Assembly: GCF_032062105.1 (NCBI RefSeq)
Contig: NW_026937075.1
Location: 434,001-498,000 of the forward strand
DNA length: 64,000 nt
Reading direction: 5' to 3'
Origin: Saccostrea cucullata
Lineage: Eukaryota
Positions within the stretch are counted from its first letter, which is position 1. Each line of letters begins with the position of its first letter. A model generated the notes under the pieces. It ran no database searches. It worked only from the letters and a program-made list of their open reading frames with translations, and was not told where the DNA came from. Below, in pieces: positions 32,601-44,700 of the stretch. The translations under genes and the position numbers were made by a program.

Positions 32601-35600
32601 CTCCAACTTGCCTGTTCAATGCCTCCGTAGTTTCACACTGTTGTTAAATCAGAGGCATAAATAACACGTAAATATGTTATTATTTTAAAGCTATAATTCG
32701 GGAAATATCCGAAACCAAAGAATAGTAATTCCGTTTTCAGAACAACTCTGACACATTCCTAATAAATTTTATTTAGACATTATTTACCGGTGGACGACAA
32801 TTACTTCGATGTCTGCCATTTTTATTTTTCTTCTCCAGGGATTTGCTAAAACACGCAAATGACCATTGAATGTATAAATCAAGCAACAGTAAAGAATTGA
32901 AATCATATTAAAACTTTATAAGTTTAATTTATAAATTTAATTGAGAGTACATTCCCAATTTGACTGTGAACATGAATTTCACGGCTTTGTTTGTTCAATG
33001 ATGTGTAACATTAATACCCTATAACGGCACTTGGGTTTGTTAATCATGCCCCGCAAGCATTTAAACCAACACAGGTGTAAATCGCTTTATCTGTCGGACA
33101 ATTAAAATTCTGTTAGAAGCCAATCTTTGTATTCCGTGTAAAAACACTACAGTTGTGATTGTGAAAATTTTCCGTATTTTAAATTTTGCGGTTTTACATT
33201 TAGTACACACTCGCGACTTCCTAACTTCACAAGATGGATACAGCATGATGTTAATGTTGAGGAATTATTTAATAGATGAAGCAATGTTGTTTTCCTTTGT
33301 CATCAACGGATAATTAATGGAATTCATTTTGTAAGAAAGCTATAGAATAAATATTTTATTGTTTAACGGGGCATTATTTTTTTTGCGAAAAATAATCAAG
33401 AAAGTTACGAAAGTGGCACAAATTTGCTTTGAAATTGTCATAAATTTTACTGATTTGGGGGCATTTTTCGTAAACTTGAGCCTTAAATAGGTCAAATTCT
33501 GAATACTGGGCGACCCAAGCGGTTCTGAGAAAAAAAATATTGACCTATGTTCCGTAAATTACGGTACTTACTGCTGAACTTTGCATGCTTCTGCCATCAG
33601 TAATGCTCTCCTGAGGTTTCGTTTGCTTTTCTCAGCTACTCTCCTAGCTAATTCTATAGGTATCGGACAACCCTCTTTCTTGCAAACTGTTTGGAGAATG
33701 TTTGTTATCTATAAGAGAATAAGAAAGGAAAAATATGAAACAGGATTTATTAATAACTGCAATGCCATCAGATAAAATTTTTATCTAAAACAAACTTCAT
33801 ATGAATATACTCAGATTAATTTCATTAATACTCCCACCCTTTTTTTCAATCTATTTTGTGTTTGAATTTTGCAATCTTTTTTTTAAAAAGTTGCTTCAAT
33901 TCTATCCTTTAAATCAAAATAATTATAAGCATAGAAGTGTCGTACTTCTTCAAGGGTCGGAGCTGCGACCCTGACTCCCAGACATCTGCTGCGGATGGCT
34001 GGAATCACTTTACTCGTAGAAACACAGCAGAGAATCAGTCGGCACGTCGCCATGTACTTCTCCATCGTACGACGGAGAGCGTGCTGAGCATCCTTTGTCA
34101 ACTTGTCTACCTCCGTCAGTACGACGACTAGAAACAAAAGAGGCAAATTGTCAACAGTAACAATCTTCGAGGATAATAAAGAATATCAAATCAAGCATTT
34201 ATAGGAGACTTTTTAAAGTGAATATAAACAGAATCAAAATAAAAAATTCATTCTTGTAGATGTTAAATATAAAAGCACATGCAGTGATGTATAAGAGTAT
34301 GTTACTGAAGATGGTATATAAAATAAACCTTTGAAGTCTCTCTGTGAGGAATCCAAGTTGTTTGTTTGTGCTACAGTTTTGATTAGTTCCTGGATAACAA
34401 CTCTGTCTTGTATTCCAACATCACTGAAATTATTGATACATACATATTTACACAATATAACATGAATGCACATATAAACAAAATTTTAATGTGACAATGA
34501 TTCAATTAGATTTTTGATAGATTAATTACTATATAGCAGAAATAAACTAGCACTAGCTAGAGGATTAATCCTTTATCTCAGATTGTAGAACATCATATTG
34601 TACTTTTTTCCATGGGGTCATAATTCCATGGAATTTCAATTTCTGTTGAATCTGCATGTAGAAAATTATGCAGATTTCCTAGACTGTCACTATATGCCTT
34701 ACATTTATATTAAGTACGCTTGGACAAATTTCCGTGGAAAAATTGTGACTGCGTACATAGCGTAAATTAATACCACGCAGAAAAAAGTACTTCTACAGTA
34801 TTTAAATCTGAAAGATGTAGGTTTTGGCTACACTGGGGGCAGCTGTAGAGAATTCCTATTAAAAAATCAATTCGTTAATAAAATTAACATTAAGCTTAGT
34901 ACCTTGGATTGACCTCAATATGATAATTGCTGGATATGGTTGAGATTTCAATCTTTTTATTGGATGGGGTGGTAAAATTGTGCTGCTCTATACGTAGTTT
35001 TTCTACTCCTGATCCATACAACTCCCTCAATAGACACATGATGCGAGTCTTTTTTCCTGCCCCTGATGGCCCATAGACAAGCAGATGTGGAAAATCTCCT
35101 CCATGCACCTAACAAAATTGGTCAGTAAGAAATTTATTCTACCAAATATATTCGCATACATGCCAACTTTCCCGATTTTTTCAGGAGTCTACCGATTTTG
35201 AACCCTGTCTACCGCTTGTCTACCGATTTAATTTTTTTACCCCATTTCTACCGATTTTTTGAAAATATGGAATTTTTACCGATTGGCTTTGAATAATACA
35301 GTATTTCCGTGTGCAGAAAACATGGCTGTTTCAATGTTTATTGGTAGGATATCTGTTTATTGCCGCTGATAACAGGCAATCAACAAGGTGTCAACTGTGC
35401 TACCAGTCATTACAGTGGTTTTAATTGCTCCTGAACCTCATTAACAGTGTATATTAACCTAGACAATTATGCCAGATGTGGAAATTTTAAGAAATACACG
35501 CGACAGGATACAAACTGACAAACTTGTGAGAGTTAACACTTTACAGCAAACTTTGACAGTATACGTATAAACCGTTTATATAAGGTTTTCCAGTGTTGGA

Positions 35601-36764
35601 AATAAGGCATTCTCCATTAAATTATGATCTACTTCATGGAAAAGACACTGCCAAAATCCAACATGAAAAGATGTGCCTGCAAGTAAAAATTAGGACTGGG
35701 GTGATTCAGAAAAAGGAAAAGACCATGCCTTTTGCAGACTTTGAATGAAAAAGATAAAAATGACTTCTTAATATTCCCTCTGATTAAGAAAAAATAATTA
35801 TGTGTCTGCAACAGTAGCCTTATAAACTTTGTAATTTACCAACAGACAGTGAACAGTAACCACATGGTAACTGCATAAACTTAACTTGCTTCAGCTTATT
35901 TGTAAAGTTTAATTTCCTTATTCATGTAAAAATCAGTTTGTGTATCACATTCTTTAAGGCAGGAGGTATGTTTATCTCAATATAAACATATTAAATAATT
36001 TCGAATAAATAATCATTTTTTTAATTTCAAATGATATTGTATTTGTGCTTTTGTTAAAGTTGATAGAGAAGAAAACACTTTCTGAAGTAGTGATAATATA
36101 TGATGCAAGGTAGTAGATTGATATTAAAAAAAAAAAACTACAAATAGTTATTTTTCACGACAAAATGCTGCGAATTAGGAACTTCGAAAAATGTTGTTAC
36201 GCGCAATCTCCCCCAAGAAAATTTTCAAAAGTTGGCATGTATGTATTCGATAACCACCACTACAACGGTAAAATACAAAATACTTATAATGATGTTTATG
36301 CAGAAAAAAACCCAGTTATTTAAACTGTTTCATCTACCTTAACTTCCTAAAGAAGGTAAATCTTTTTAAATAAAATTAATAATAAATTATTCTTATACAG
36401 TCAAATATCCAAACATTTCTTCTATATTGCTTGACAAATAGGTAAATAAACAAGTCTAAAATAGATCGATTGCAATGAATGAGGAAATCACAGGTACAGT
36501 CTTGGTTTATGAATATGTATGTACCTTATCGATATGTAAAAAAGTACTTTTTTTAACAAATCAGTAAGGTACATACACATTTACAAACCAAGACCCCAAG
36601 TACCTGTGGAGGAAATTCGAAATAATGAAACAAGTAACACAATAAGCACACGATCATTAACCCATATTCATACTCACAAGTTTCTTAAGAAGAGTAGCTT
36701 GGTCTTTGTGATAATCTAGCTTATTCAGAGACGACGGTCGGTGTTTGTCAACCCACAAACTCAT
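29634..36764 (-). CDS. RFC3: Replication factor C subunit 3 (RFC38), 354 aa; exons 36764-36678, 35108-34903, 34423-34329, 34127-33946, 33708-33572, 31938-31770, 29822-29634
   Basis: MSLWVDKHRP start; DFPHLLVYGPSGAGKKTRIMCLLRELYG (RFC3-type Walker A); SNYHIEVNPSDVGIQDRVVIQE; LTEVDKLTKDAQHALRRTMEKY; IRSRCL; RNLRRALLM; RGRLYELLTHCIP; GQKAIYHLEAFVAKFM. Introns are GT-AG and phases are consistent (1065 nt). Confidence 0.97.
30000..30396. mobile_element. MITE remnant with GCCCTGTTCACACGG terminus (PIF/Harbinger-like) and internal inverted repeats
   Basis: TAGCTTCGCTTAGCGTTCACACGGAG (~30053-30078) pairs with CTCCGTGTGAACGCTAAGCGAAGCTA (~30139-30164), with many TTCGAATTA/TCGCATTA submotifs. Confidence 0.55.
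31472..31585. repeat. Long imperfect hairpin, probably one end of an unclassified element
   Basis: TTAGAATACTCGTTTCCTACTGTATCAGATACAGGGCGGGGC pairs with GCCCCGCCCTGTATCTCTGATACAGTAGGAAACTCGTACTCTAA; the apex is GGCTCGAGCTATCGCTCTCGCC. Confidence 0.85.
32291..33564. mobile_element. Non-autonomous Tc1/mariner (pogo-like) element, 1.27 kb, in RFC3 intron 5
   Basis: TA|CCGTAATTTCGGGATTATAGGTC ... GACCTATGTTCCGTAAATTACGG|TA, with subterminal TAGGTCGA repeats and no transposase ORF. Confidence 0.8.
34597..34798. mobile_element. TA-MITE, same family as 4795-4982
   Basis: It aligns by eye along its length with 4795-4982 and ends AAAAAAGTACTTCTACAG|TA. Confidence 0.75.
35155..36243. mobile_element. 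Non-autonomous DNA transposon with 16-bp TIRs and a 6-bp target-site duplication, in RFC3 intron 1
   Basis: TATTCG|CATACATGCCAACTTT ... AAAGTTGGCATGTATG|TATTCG, with TACCGATT subterminal repeats at the left end. Confidence 0.85.
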
Positions 36765-36798
36765 TTTCTCTGTTTAGACAAAAAACTACACCCCAAAC

Positions 36799-36820
36799 TT
36801 CCCGGCAAAATCGACGTCAG
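36799..36820. promoter_or_regulatory. Probable RFC3 core promoter region (possibly bidirectional) with E2F-like and CRE-like motifs
   Basis: TTCCCGGCAAAA and CGACGTCA lie 35-55 bp upstream of the RFC3 ATG. Both are imperfect motif matches. Confidence 0.3.
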
Positions 36821-38545
36821 CTAAACGCTTGTAACAGGTGCTCCAAATGTTTACAAGGGAAGGCTGAGAGGCTGAAGACCCAAGAAAGTGTGAGAAACAT
36901 GCTGATATGAAGGCCTAGTAGTCTATTCTGCATCTTTAAATAGGGCCTACCTTTCATGTAATATTTTCTTTGGACATTGTGGCAATTTTCTTATCAAACA
37001 AAAGGCTTCAGAGTTCAGACGAAGTTGCATGTTTGAAATAATGATAACAGTTCCCTCCCTTGTCACATCTCTCTATATTGCACATGGTGAAATAGGTTGA
37101 ATATTATACAATTATTGCTGCTTTTTGAGGTCAATACAATGATTTAGCCATCTGAGGAGTACAATATTCACCGAGCCTGATGGAGATGGAAATTATTCAA
37201 TCATATAATAATGATAATTATTTTCCTCCTTTGGTTTTAAATGTAACTATCATGATTATTTATCATTATTTATTATTTTCTGCTGTTATAATTTTTTTAT
37301 CAATGAAAACAGAAAAATATATAATGCCATGTTTTACTGAACAATTAATGTACATGAGTATTGGGTATTTACAGATATTTGTCATACAAAATGGACAGAC
37401 AACTGCTGCAGCCTTACAATTTAACTGGTTTATGTATATCGCGAAGAAATGAACCTTTTCAAGAAAGTTGCCATTTACATATATCAACAGGTATTGTATT
37501 TAACATTTAGAATTTATTGTTGAAACACCATGGCGTGCAGATCTTCCCTGCATATTGCATTCTTGAAAGCTGTTCTTCAGGAATTCTTTGTCCAACCAGA
37601 GACATATTTGTCTGTGGTCAAACAGATCTTCATAATGTATTTCTGCACTAAACTTTCAGGGTCAAGACATCAACACAATATTCAGTGCCTGGTCACATCT
37701 TTTGATATCAGATCTAGCTTTAGATGCAGACATGATCGTTCACACCATATTTGATTTCTTTTTGTGATATATGATATGCTTAAATATTTCTTTATTCTAT
37801 TTTCAGATAATATTTTATAAACATGGTCCATATTGATTAGAAACAGTTTCTCTTTTGATTTTAATCCTTATATTCTTTGCTTTTTATAACATCCATCTTA
37901 TGTAAATTTGTAATATCATTGAATCAATGACTTACAATCATGGATTTAGACTCCGGATTCTACAATGAAGGAAAAGGAAATATGGACGGGGTCTATGAGA
38001 TCTTAACATAATAGGATTTGCATGACATTGGAGCTTAGAGCAGGAATTAAACATTGGTAAAGAATTTGATGATAATATGGTCAAAGGACTGAATAATTAA
38101 TTATGGACATCATACCATGGCAAAAAAGTGTGTGCCATTATGTGTGAGGAACAGAAATATAAAATGATTGGAAAATATATATATTTTTAAAATCAATATT
38201 TGGTACTGTTTTCCCATAATTTAATAGCTTTTTTTTTTGACTTGCTAGAAACTACATATATTTGTCAAAGTTTGTGACATATGTCTGTCAATTAATATAA
38301 GAGTCAGAATTCAATAGTATTAAAGAAGTTATATTGTCTTGTTTTTTCTGTTTTTTTTTAGGTTGGTGGGTGGGTGGGGTGTTTTGTTTTTAACATCTTT
38401 ATTCACATATACATTTTATTTGAAATACAGAAAATCAGTAGCAGAAAAAAAAAACATTTATATTGCTTAAATTTTATCCCCAATACTTTTCCTTCCACTT
38501 TCAAAGTTTTACACCTGTTATCCTCACCCAATTCTAATTTTACAG

Positions 38546-38749
38546 AGATTTCCTTGATTCTTCAGACATCTTCTATACATAGAATCCACCTATTCAGAGA
38601 AAGTGAAGCGGATCATGGACATATGTCGATTGTCACCACATTCTGCTGCCTGGGTGCCTCCTTTCATGACCAGAGCCACGATTGTTATACAGGGGGTGGA
38701 CGCAGAATCTCTCCTCAATGCAGGGATTAAGTCCGGGGGCTTCATTTGG
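38546..38749 (+). other. Candidate exon of an unidentified + strand gene, possibly with a first coding segment 38615-38749 (MDICRLSPHSAAWVPPFMTRATIVIQGVDAESLLNAGIKSGGFIW)
   Basis: Acceptor TTCTAATTTTACAG at 38545, locally raised GC, ATG in GATCATGG context, possible donor TGG|GTGGGT. I recognise no homology. Confidence 0.3.
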
Positions 38750-41700
38750 GTGGGTACCTGGGCTGCTTATTGACATTTCTGCTATTTTTTCATGTTCTGG
38801 CCATTGTAAGACTGTGTATGTCAGGAGACTAATGGAATTAATTAAAATGACCCTTGAACAGATTTCTTTGTGAATTCTTTTCTTTTGCACTCTCAGAAGT
38901 GGTTCTAGTATCTCCTTTTTACATTGAATTTAAATCTGCTCTGATTAAGTTTTATTGCTATGTAGATTGGTTCCTTAGAAATGAAGCTGGGATCCAACAG
39001 GGAATACCAAAGCTAGTCCTGTGGAGTTGTCTCCCTTTGTTTGACTAACAATATGGAGGATGCAGTAAAACGCATATCCACGTGTCAGGGAGACTCAAGA
39101 CAGAAGGTTCTGACAACGTCACGAGATACTTCAGAGAGGAGATCACCATCTCTGTAAAGAGATTATTTGGATTCATTAATTTATACTCCTTTATAGGGCA
39201 ATGTAAAGGGCATACAAATGACAAAAAAGTGCATTTTTCATTATTATCAAGAAGTTATGGAACATATGTACACCACTGGATAATGTGACTTAATTTGTCA
39301 TCTGATGAAGTCTTATCAATGCTTTCTCATTCCACAATGTGATTAATTTTAAGATAATAATTTTATCTGTGTATGTCTAATTTGTTATCTATTAATCCTT
39401 TGTTAATCCCAACCTTTATCTCCTTAGTGTAGATAAATGTTACCACATCAAAAGTTTTCTCATCTCGTTCAAGGCTAAATATGTCACTAAATGCTAGATT
39501 TTACACATGTAAAATGTATGAGTTATTCAGTGGTAAACTCTTGTAACAGGTGATATATGTGTGTATTAAGATTTGAATTTCTTATGATTCAGTATAAAGC
39601 TTTTTATATAGTAAAGTTTGAAAGATATGCAAAAAAAAATTACCCCCAGTATTAAGATTTTATAGTATACTCATTTTATATAGTAATTACAATTTTATAA
39701 ATTATAAACATATGTTTCACTTTTATCATAATTTATAGATTGTTGACGTATTGTAGGGTTGATTCCAATGTCCAGCATATCATTGAGACCCGTTTTGGAG
39801 GTCAGCATTAAATTCATCCTTGTGGGAGTAGAGCAGTATGTATGCTGTAGATAAATGTCAGGGACCCGTCTCCTGTGGAAGGCCTGATGATAAAATCTGC
39901 CAATATAAGCCTCACTCTATCGCCACTCCAGTTTCTCTCTGTCACCTAAAGTTACCTGTAATTCAGGAGAAATTGGGTGAATTTTATGGTAAAGCTACAC
40001 TCTGTTTTTCATATCTTTTCAAAAACCTGGCAAGATCCAGTTTCATAGAAATCAGGTGTCATATTGTGTACCTATCACATATATACACCAAGTTTAGTCT
40101 AAATGTAAATTAGAAACTATAAACAAGACAATTTAGGCTCTTTATCAGGGTGTATAGATTGATAAGAGGACGTGCCCCGTGTCCTATATCACCTTCTAAA
40201 TCACAGCCAGATATCAGGAAGAAAATCTTCTTCCAGACAGTGTTTTTTTTTTGATACTTTGGCAATATATGTCTCAAATACAAAGTATACAATGCACACT
40301 GCAAATTATGATTTAAAATATGTACTAAAACTTTATCAAAATGATATAAGGATGCATGAAGATTTGTGTTAATTATCATATTCTTAATTTTTAATGTGAA
40401 TTAAACTTCCCAAGATTTAAAGTTTGTGTTCAGACATGCCCAGTGATTCGCCTTCAGTACGTGTAATATATAAAATTGAATATTGAGAGATTCAAAATTG
40501 TAGATCTCTATACATGTGTCTTAGAGTGAAATAAAGATTTTTTAATTTTATATAACAGAGAGAAAATGGAATATTATTATGCACCAACTGACCTTATTGT
40601 AATGAACTATCACCATAGGACATTGCAATTTGTTCTGGCATTGGTGGTCAGATGTTTTTTGAAATTTTCACAAAAGTTATTTTTTAATGCACCTTGAATA
40701 GAGTATTTATCATCCATAAATTTATTTAAAGTAGAACAGAATATTGATATTATGATCTGGATGAACATAAAATTTTTGTAGGGTTTCTCTGATGTACCCA
40801 GCCTAACGTGATTTTGAATCTCTTCTTAGAGCAGCCATCGTGATAAATCATTCCACGACAGACAGACTTTGAGGGAGGTAAGGGTAATTTTTCGGTGCTA
40901 CCCGGACAATACATACACATCAGGTAGGATCAGATAGGATTGAAGTTTGTATTTTCTGAGTTATTACTTCTTTAATTAAATTTGAAGCTGGTGGTTGATT
41001 TAAGACTTTACCACCTGGTAAACTTTTTCTAACACTCTTTTTCATAATTGATCTTGTTATTTTTTGATAATATTTTTATAGAGTAATTTAGATTTTACCT
41101 TTTCATGGCATTGTAGAGGAATATTCAAGTTTCCTATTGATTTGTGTATTGTCCTTGTCATTTGAAACCATTAACTTTTTGCTTTATTCCTTTCCTTTGG
41201 GCTAAATGTGTGATGTGCATTTTTAGTATCATTTTTAGCAACAGTGTCTTGTGGCTTATAATAAAAAAAAAACCTGACATGAAACAGTCCAGCTAGCCTC
41301 TTGTTCTGCCCATAGCATGTGATTGTTCAGGTGCTGCAGTTGGTCACAGGATAAAGAGGAAATAAGACATCATTATTCATATCTGGCTGTCCATGTTGAA
41401 TTTTCATATAAAGTGAGGTGTCATTAAATTCTAATTGGAGCATATTGGACTATTGTAGGCAATTTATTCACCAGTCTTACTAACTGATTATAGTCATCAG
41501 TTTTATTGATCACCAGACCAAGTTCAATGGAAACGTCTTTCTATGAATCTTTTCAGCGGTGTAAAATGCTTGGATGTCATTTCTTTATTTAGCGTATAAT
41601 TTGAGAAGAGGGGGACAGAGCACAATGAGGGGGGACCTGGCTGATTGGCTGGGAGGGGCAGCAGCAGGTGGAGGGAGGAAACATTTCTATGGGGACCCCT

Positions 41701-44700
41701 GGGTTTAAAATTAGCATATGGTTCTTTTAATTCTACAGTTGTAAAGTAGAAGTTGTACAGTTCATGAAATAAAATGGTTCCATTCAGACACACACACAGT
41801 GATTCTTTGATAAACAAATTTAAGGTATTTTAAGCAAAGAATAAAAATCTAAAACCTGAAGTGAGATAAGATTTTTAAAATTTTAAATTTATTCTATTTC
41901 GATATTTTCCTCTTTTCTTGTGCAATTATTGTTGAAAACTAGAAGCAGTTGGTGGGACATTGTTATAGGGGGTGTAAATCTTGGTCCTATGACAGGTAAG
42001 CAGTAATGCTGATGATATTGTGAAATAGAGCAGGTATTTAACTTGTTCCCAACAATACAGTAATTATAGGCTTGTCCTAAATCAATTAGCTGCCTGGTCT
42101 CATGTTAAGTCAATATTTACAACCTTTTTTACCAGATAACTCGGGATAAGGTATATCAAGTGTCAGGGCTGCTGCAGAATTCACTCCCATCTTGAAAGAT
42201 CGGCTTCTCATTTATTTTAAAACGAAAAAAATACAGAGGTTAACAACGAAAGCACATCTGTCCTTGAGGGAAAAGTGGAAAAATATGGAAGAGATGAGTA
42301 AAATCTTAATTACTAGTTTGAGGATAATAATGAAATCTTTGTGGCAATCAAAGTCAGAGTTTTCTCTAATTAAATGACCTTTCCTCTATTATTTTGGTCC
42401 TTTTCCAAACCGGTAACAAAATCATATGGTTTGGCATAGATCAATGATAGTCTACCGAATACATCTGTGGATAAAGCGGGGCCGATTTAAATGTTCAGCT
42501 GAGCTTGATTCCTTAGTATACCTCCAAACTTTAACATATGATATGTCCTGTATGAATTAATCCGAAATTGAACCTATGTGTACAGGGCTTGGTGTAACTT
42601 ATACATAAACTGAGACAAAGAAAAGAGCCTATTTTTGGTCAGATTTAGGGATTCTGGTTACAAAATGTATGGCCATATTTTATTATTTAGTCACCAGCAA
42701 AATTCCTGTATCAATACTAGAGTAAATGAATGCACTTCATGTTCATATTTCTGTGTGCATAATGGAAGAAATTTCCTGGGATGGATCGGAAGTTTGTTTT
42801 TGTACACTGTTTCCATAATTTTTGACATTGCAAGAAATTTAATTGTGTTTTTGGAAACTTAGTGATGGCCATATCATGATGAGGTATTCAATTTAGATTT
42901 GACAATCTGATGTAAGCTTGAAATCTTGTTTAAATTTTAAATAATTCTTTGGCAGATAATAATTACACATGTAATGTAAAAGTGGCATATTGTTTATTCT
43001 TTCATAATTAACGGCAATGAATTGAAAAGATAGTGTGTCTATACAGCATCCAGGGTACGTAGAATGAAAATGATTGTATAATATAGAAGGTACTAGCTAC
43101 ATGTAGTTTATGAAGTATTGCTTTGGGGTGGTTGTATTCTGAGTGAACTTTCCCATCAGCATAATCTGGATGGTGCTGTTTTCTCTGATGAATTTTTAAA
43201 ATGTTTGTCAATGTTTTCTTTTTTTTAGATGGATAGATACAAAGGTCATTAGGTGAAATTAGAAATTGTTCGTATGTTGATCAAGAGACAAAAAGGTCTG
43301 TATTGATGACACAAAATACAGTTGATAAAAGAGTGTGTAACTGGAAAATATTAGACAAGGATGATTTTTTCACTGCTGGCTGGTTCTGTAAATTCAGTCA
43401 TAAATGCTACTGGTAGTATATGTATAGAGCTAGTATAGGACAATGTTGGGGATATATAGGTAGTATATAAAATCTGACATTTACCATTAAAGGACAAAAC
43501 AAAAGGTTAAGGTCTGTTGGAGATAGACTTTTTTTCTGTTGTTTGGTGTCCTAATTTCATCTTTGTTTTTCTTAAAAGGTTGAAACAAATTTTTCTTCAT
43601 AATTTTTTTAAGGATTTTTTTTCCTCAAGTCAATGCACTTTACACTTGCTATACATCTTCTTGAAATTAAAAATAAAAAAATCAAGTTAGCAGATTTGTC
43701 AAAAAAAAATTAATTGTCAAATACATGTGCCTTTCAAAATGATGGTAAACTTTTTAAAAGGGAAATCCAAATAAAGGCATCTTTAAGTGAAGAGATATAA
43801 GACAAACCTGTTTAAAATTCACAAAATTTGATATGATAAACAGACATTTCCTACCAGTCCACATTTAATCATTTGAAAGAATTATGTAATAAAGATTTGT
43901 TTGGTCTGGATTCACAACTCAAGTCCTCATGTTTAATTCATTAAAAAAAATTAAGTGTCTAAAGTGGGGCTTTGGATTTCAGAAAAAAAGACAAATACGA
44001 CAGATTATTGCCCGTCATGAAATTCAAATTTTGGGATGAAATAACAAACCTTGTGATGAAGCAGACTGATGTTGTTGAGTCTATGTCAGCGGCGTGAGGG
44101 TATTTTTTCCCCGGTACTTTTTTAGTAAGCCTCACCTGTTGTGTAGATATATTACTGTGTAGTAAATACAGGTATCAGGTATGTGTCAAGGTAAAATGTG
44201 GTGGCACTAGAAAGTTTATAATTTGATCTATGTCAGTTGAAAGGACCTTTGAAAATAATAATGATTAAAAAAAAAACAATTGATCAGAATAAATTTTGAT
44301 ATAAAAGTTTTTAAGAGTGGACATATTTTTATTCTATCATGTTTAATTTAGGTAGGTAATTTAAACATGGATTGAGATAAGTTTTAAGATTGTTAAGCTA
44401 TTGAATGTTTTTTAGGTTAGTGTCATTATCATATAACTTTCATATAAACAGAAGCATGTATAAATTTCTTGAATCTCTTCTCCTTTATACATTTGATTGA
44501 GGGCAATGGCATGAGTCTACTGTAATTCTGTCCTTGCAGGTTTGAGGTCAAGGTACGATTTGGATCCTCTCATTATAGTGTTGAGTAAACCCTTTCTTAT
44601 TTTATGCTTCTCAGTTTGCTACACATTCACAAAAATAATTGTGGGTCCAATGTGCATTTATTTATCAGGTTAATTTACAACATTTACAGAATTATAAAAT

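Noticed and set aside
34090-34127. Non-canonical Walker B (LTEVD) in RFC3 as a sign of inactivation
   Set aside because: This degenerate motif and the GKKT Walker A are normal for the RFC3/Rfc5p subunit.
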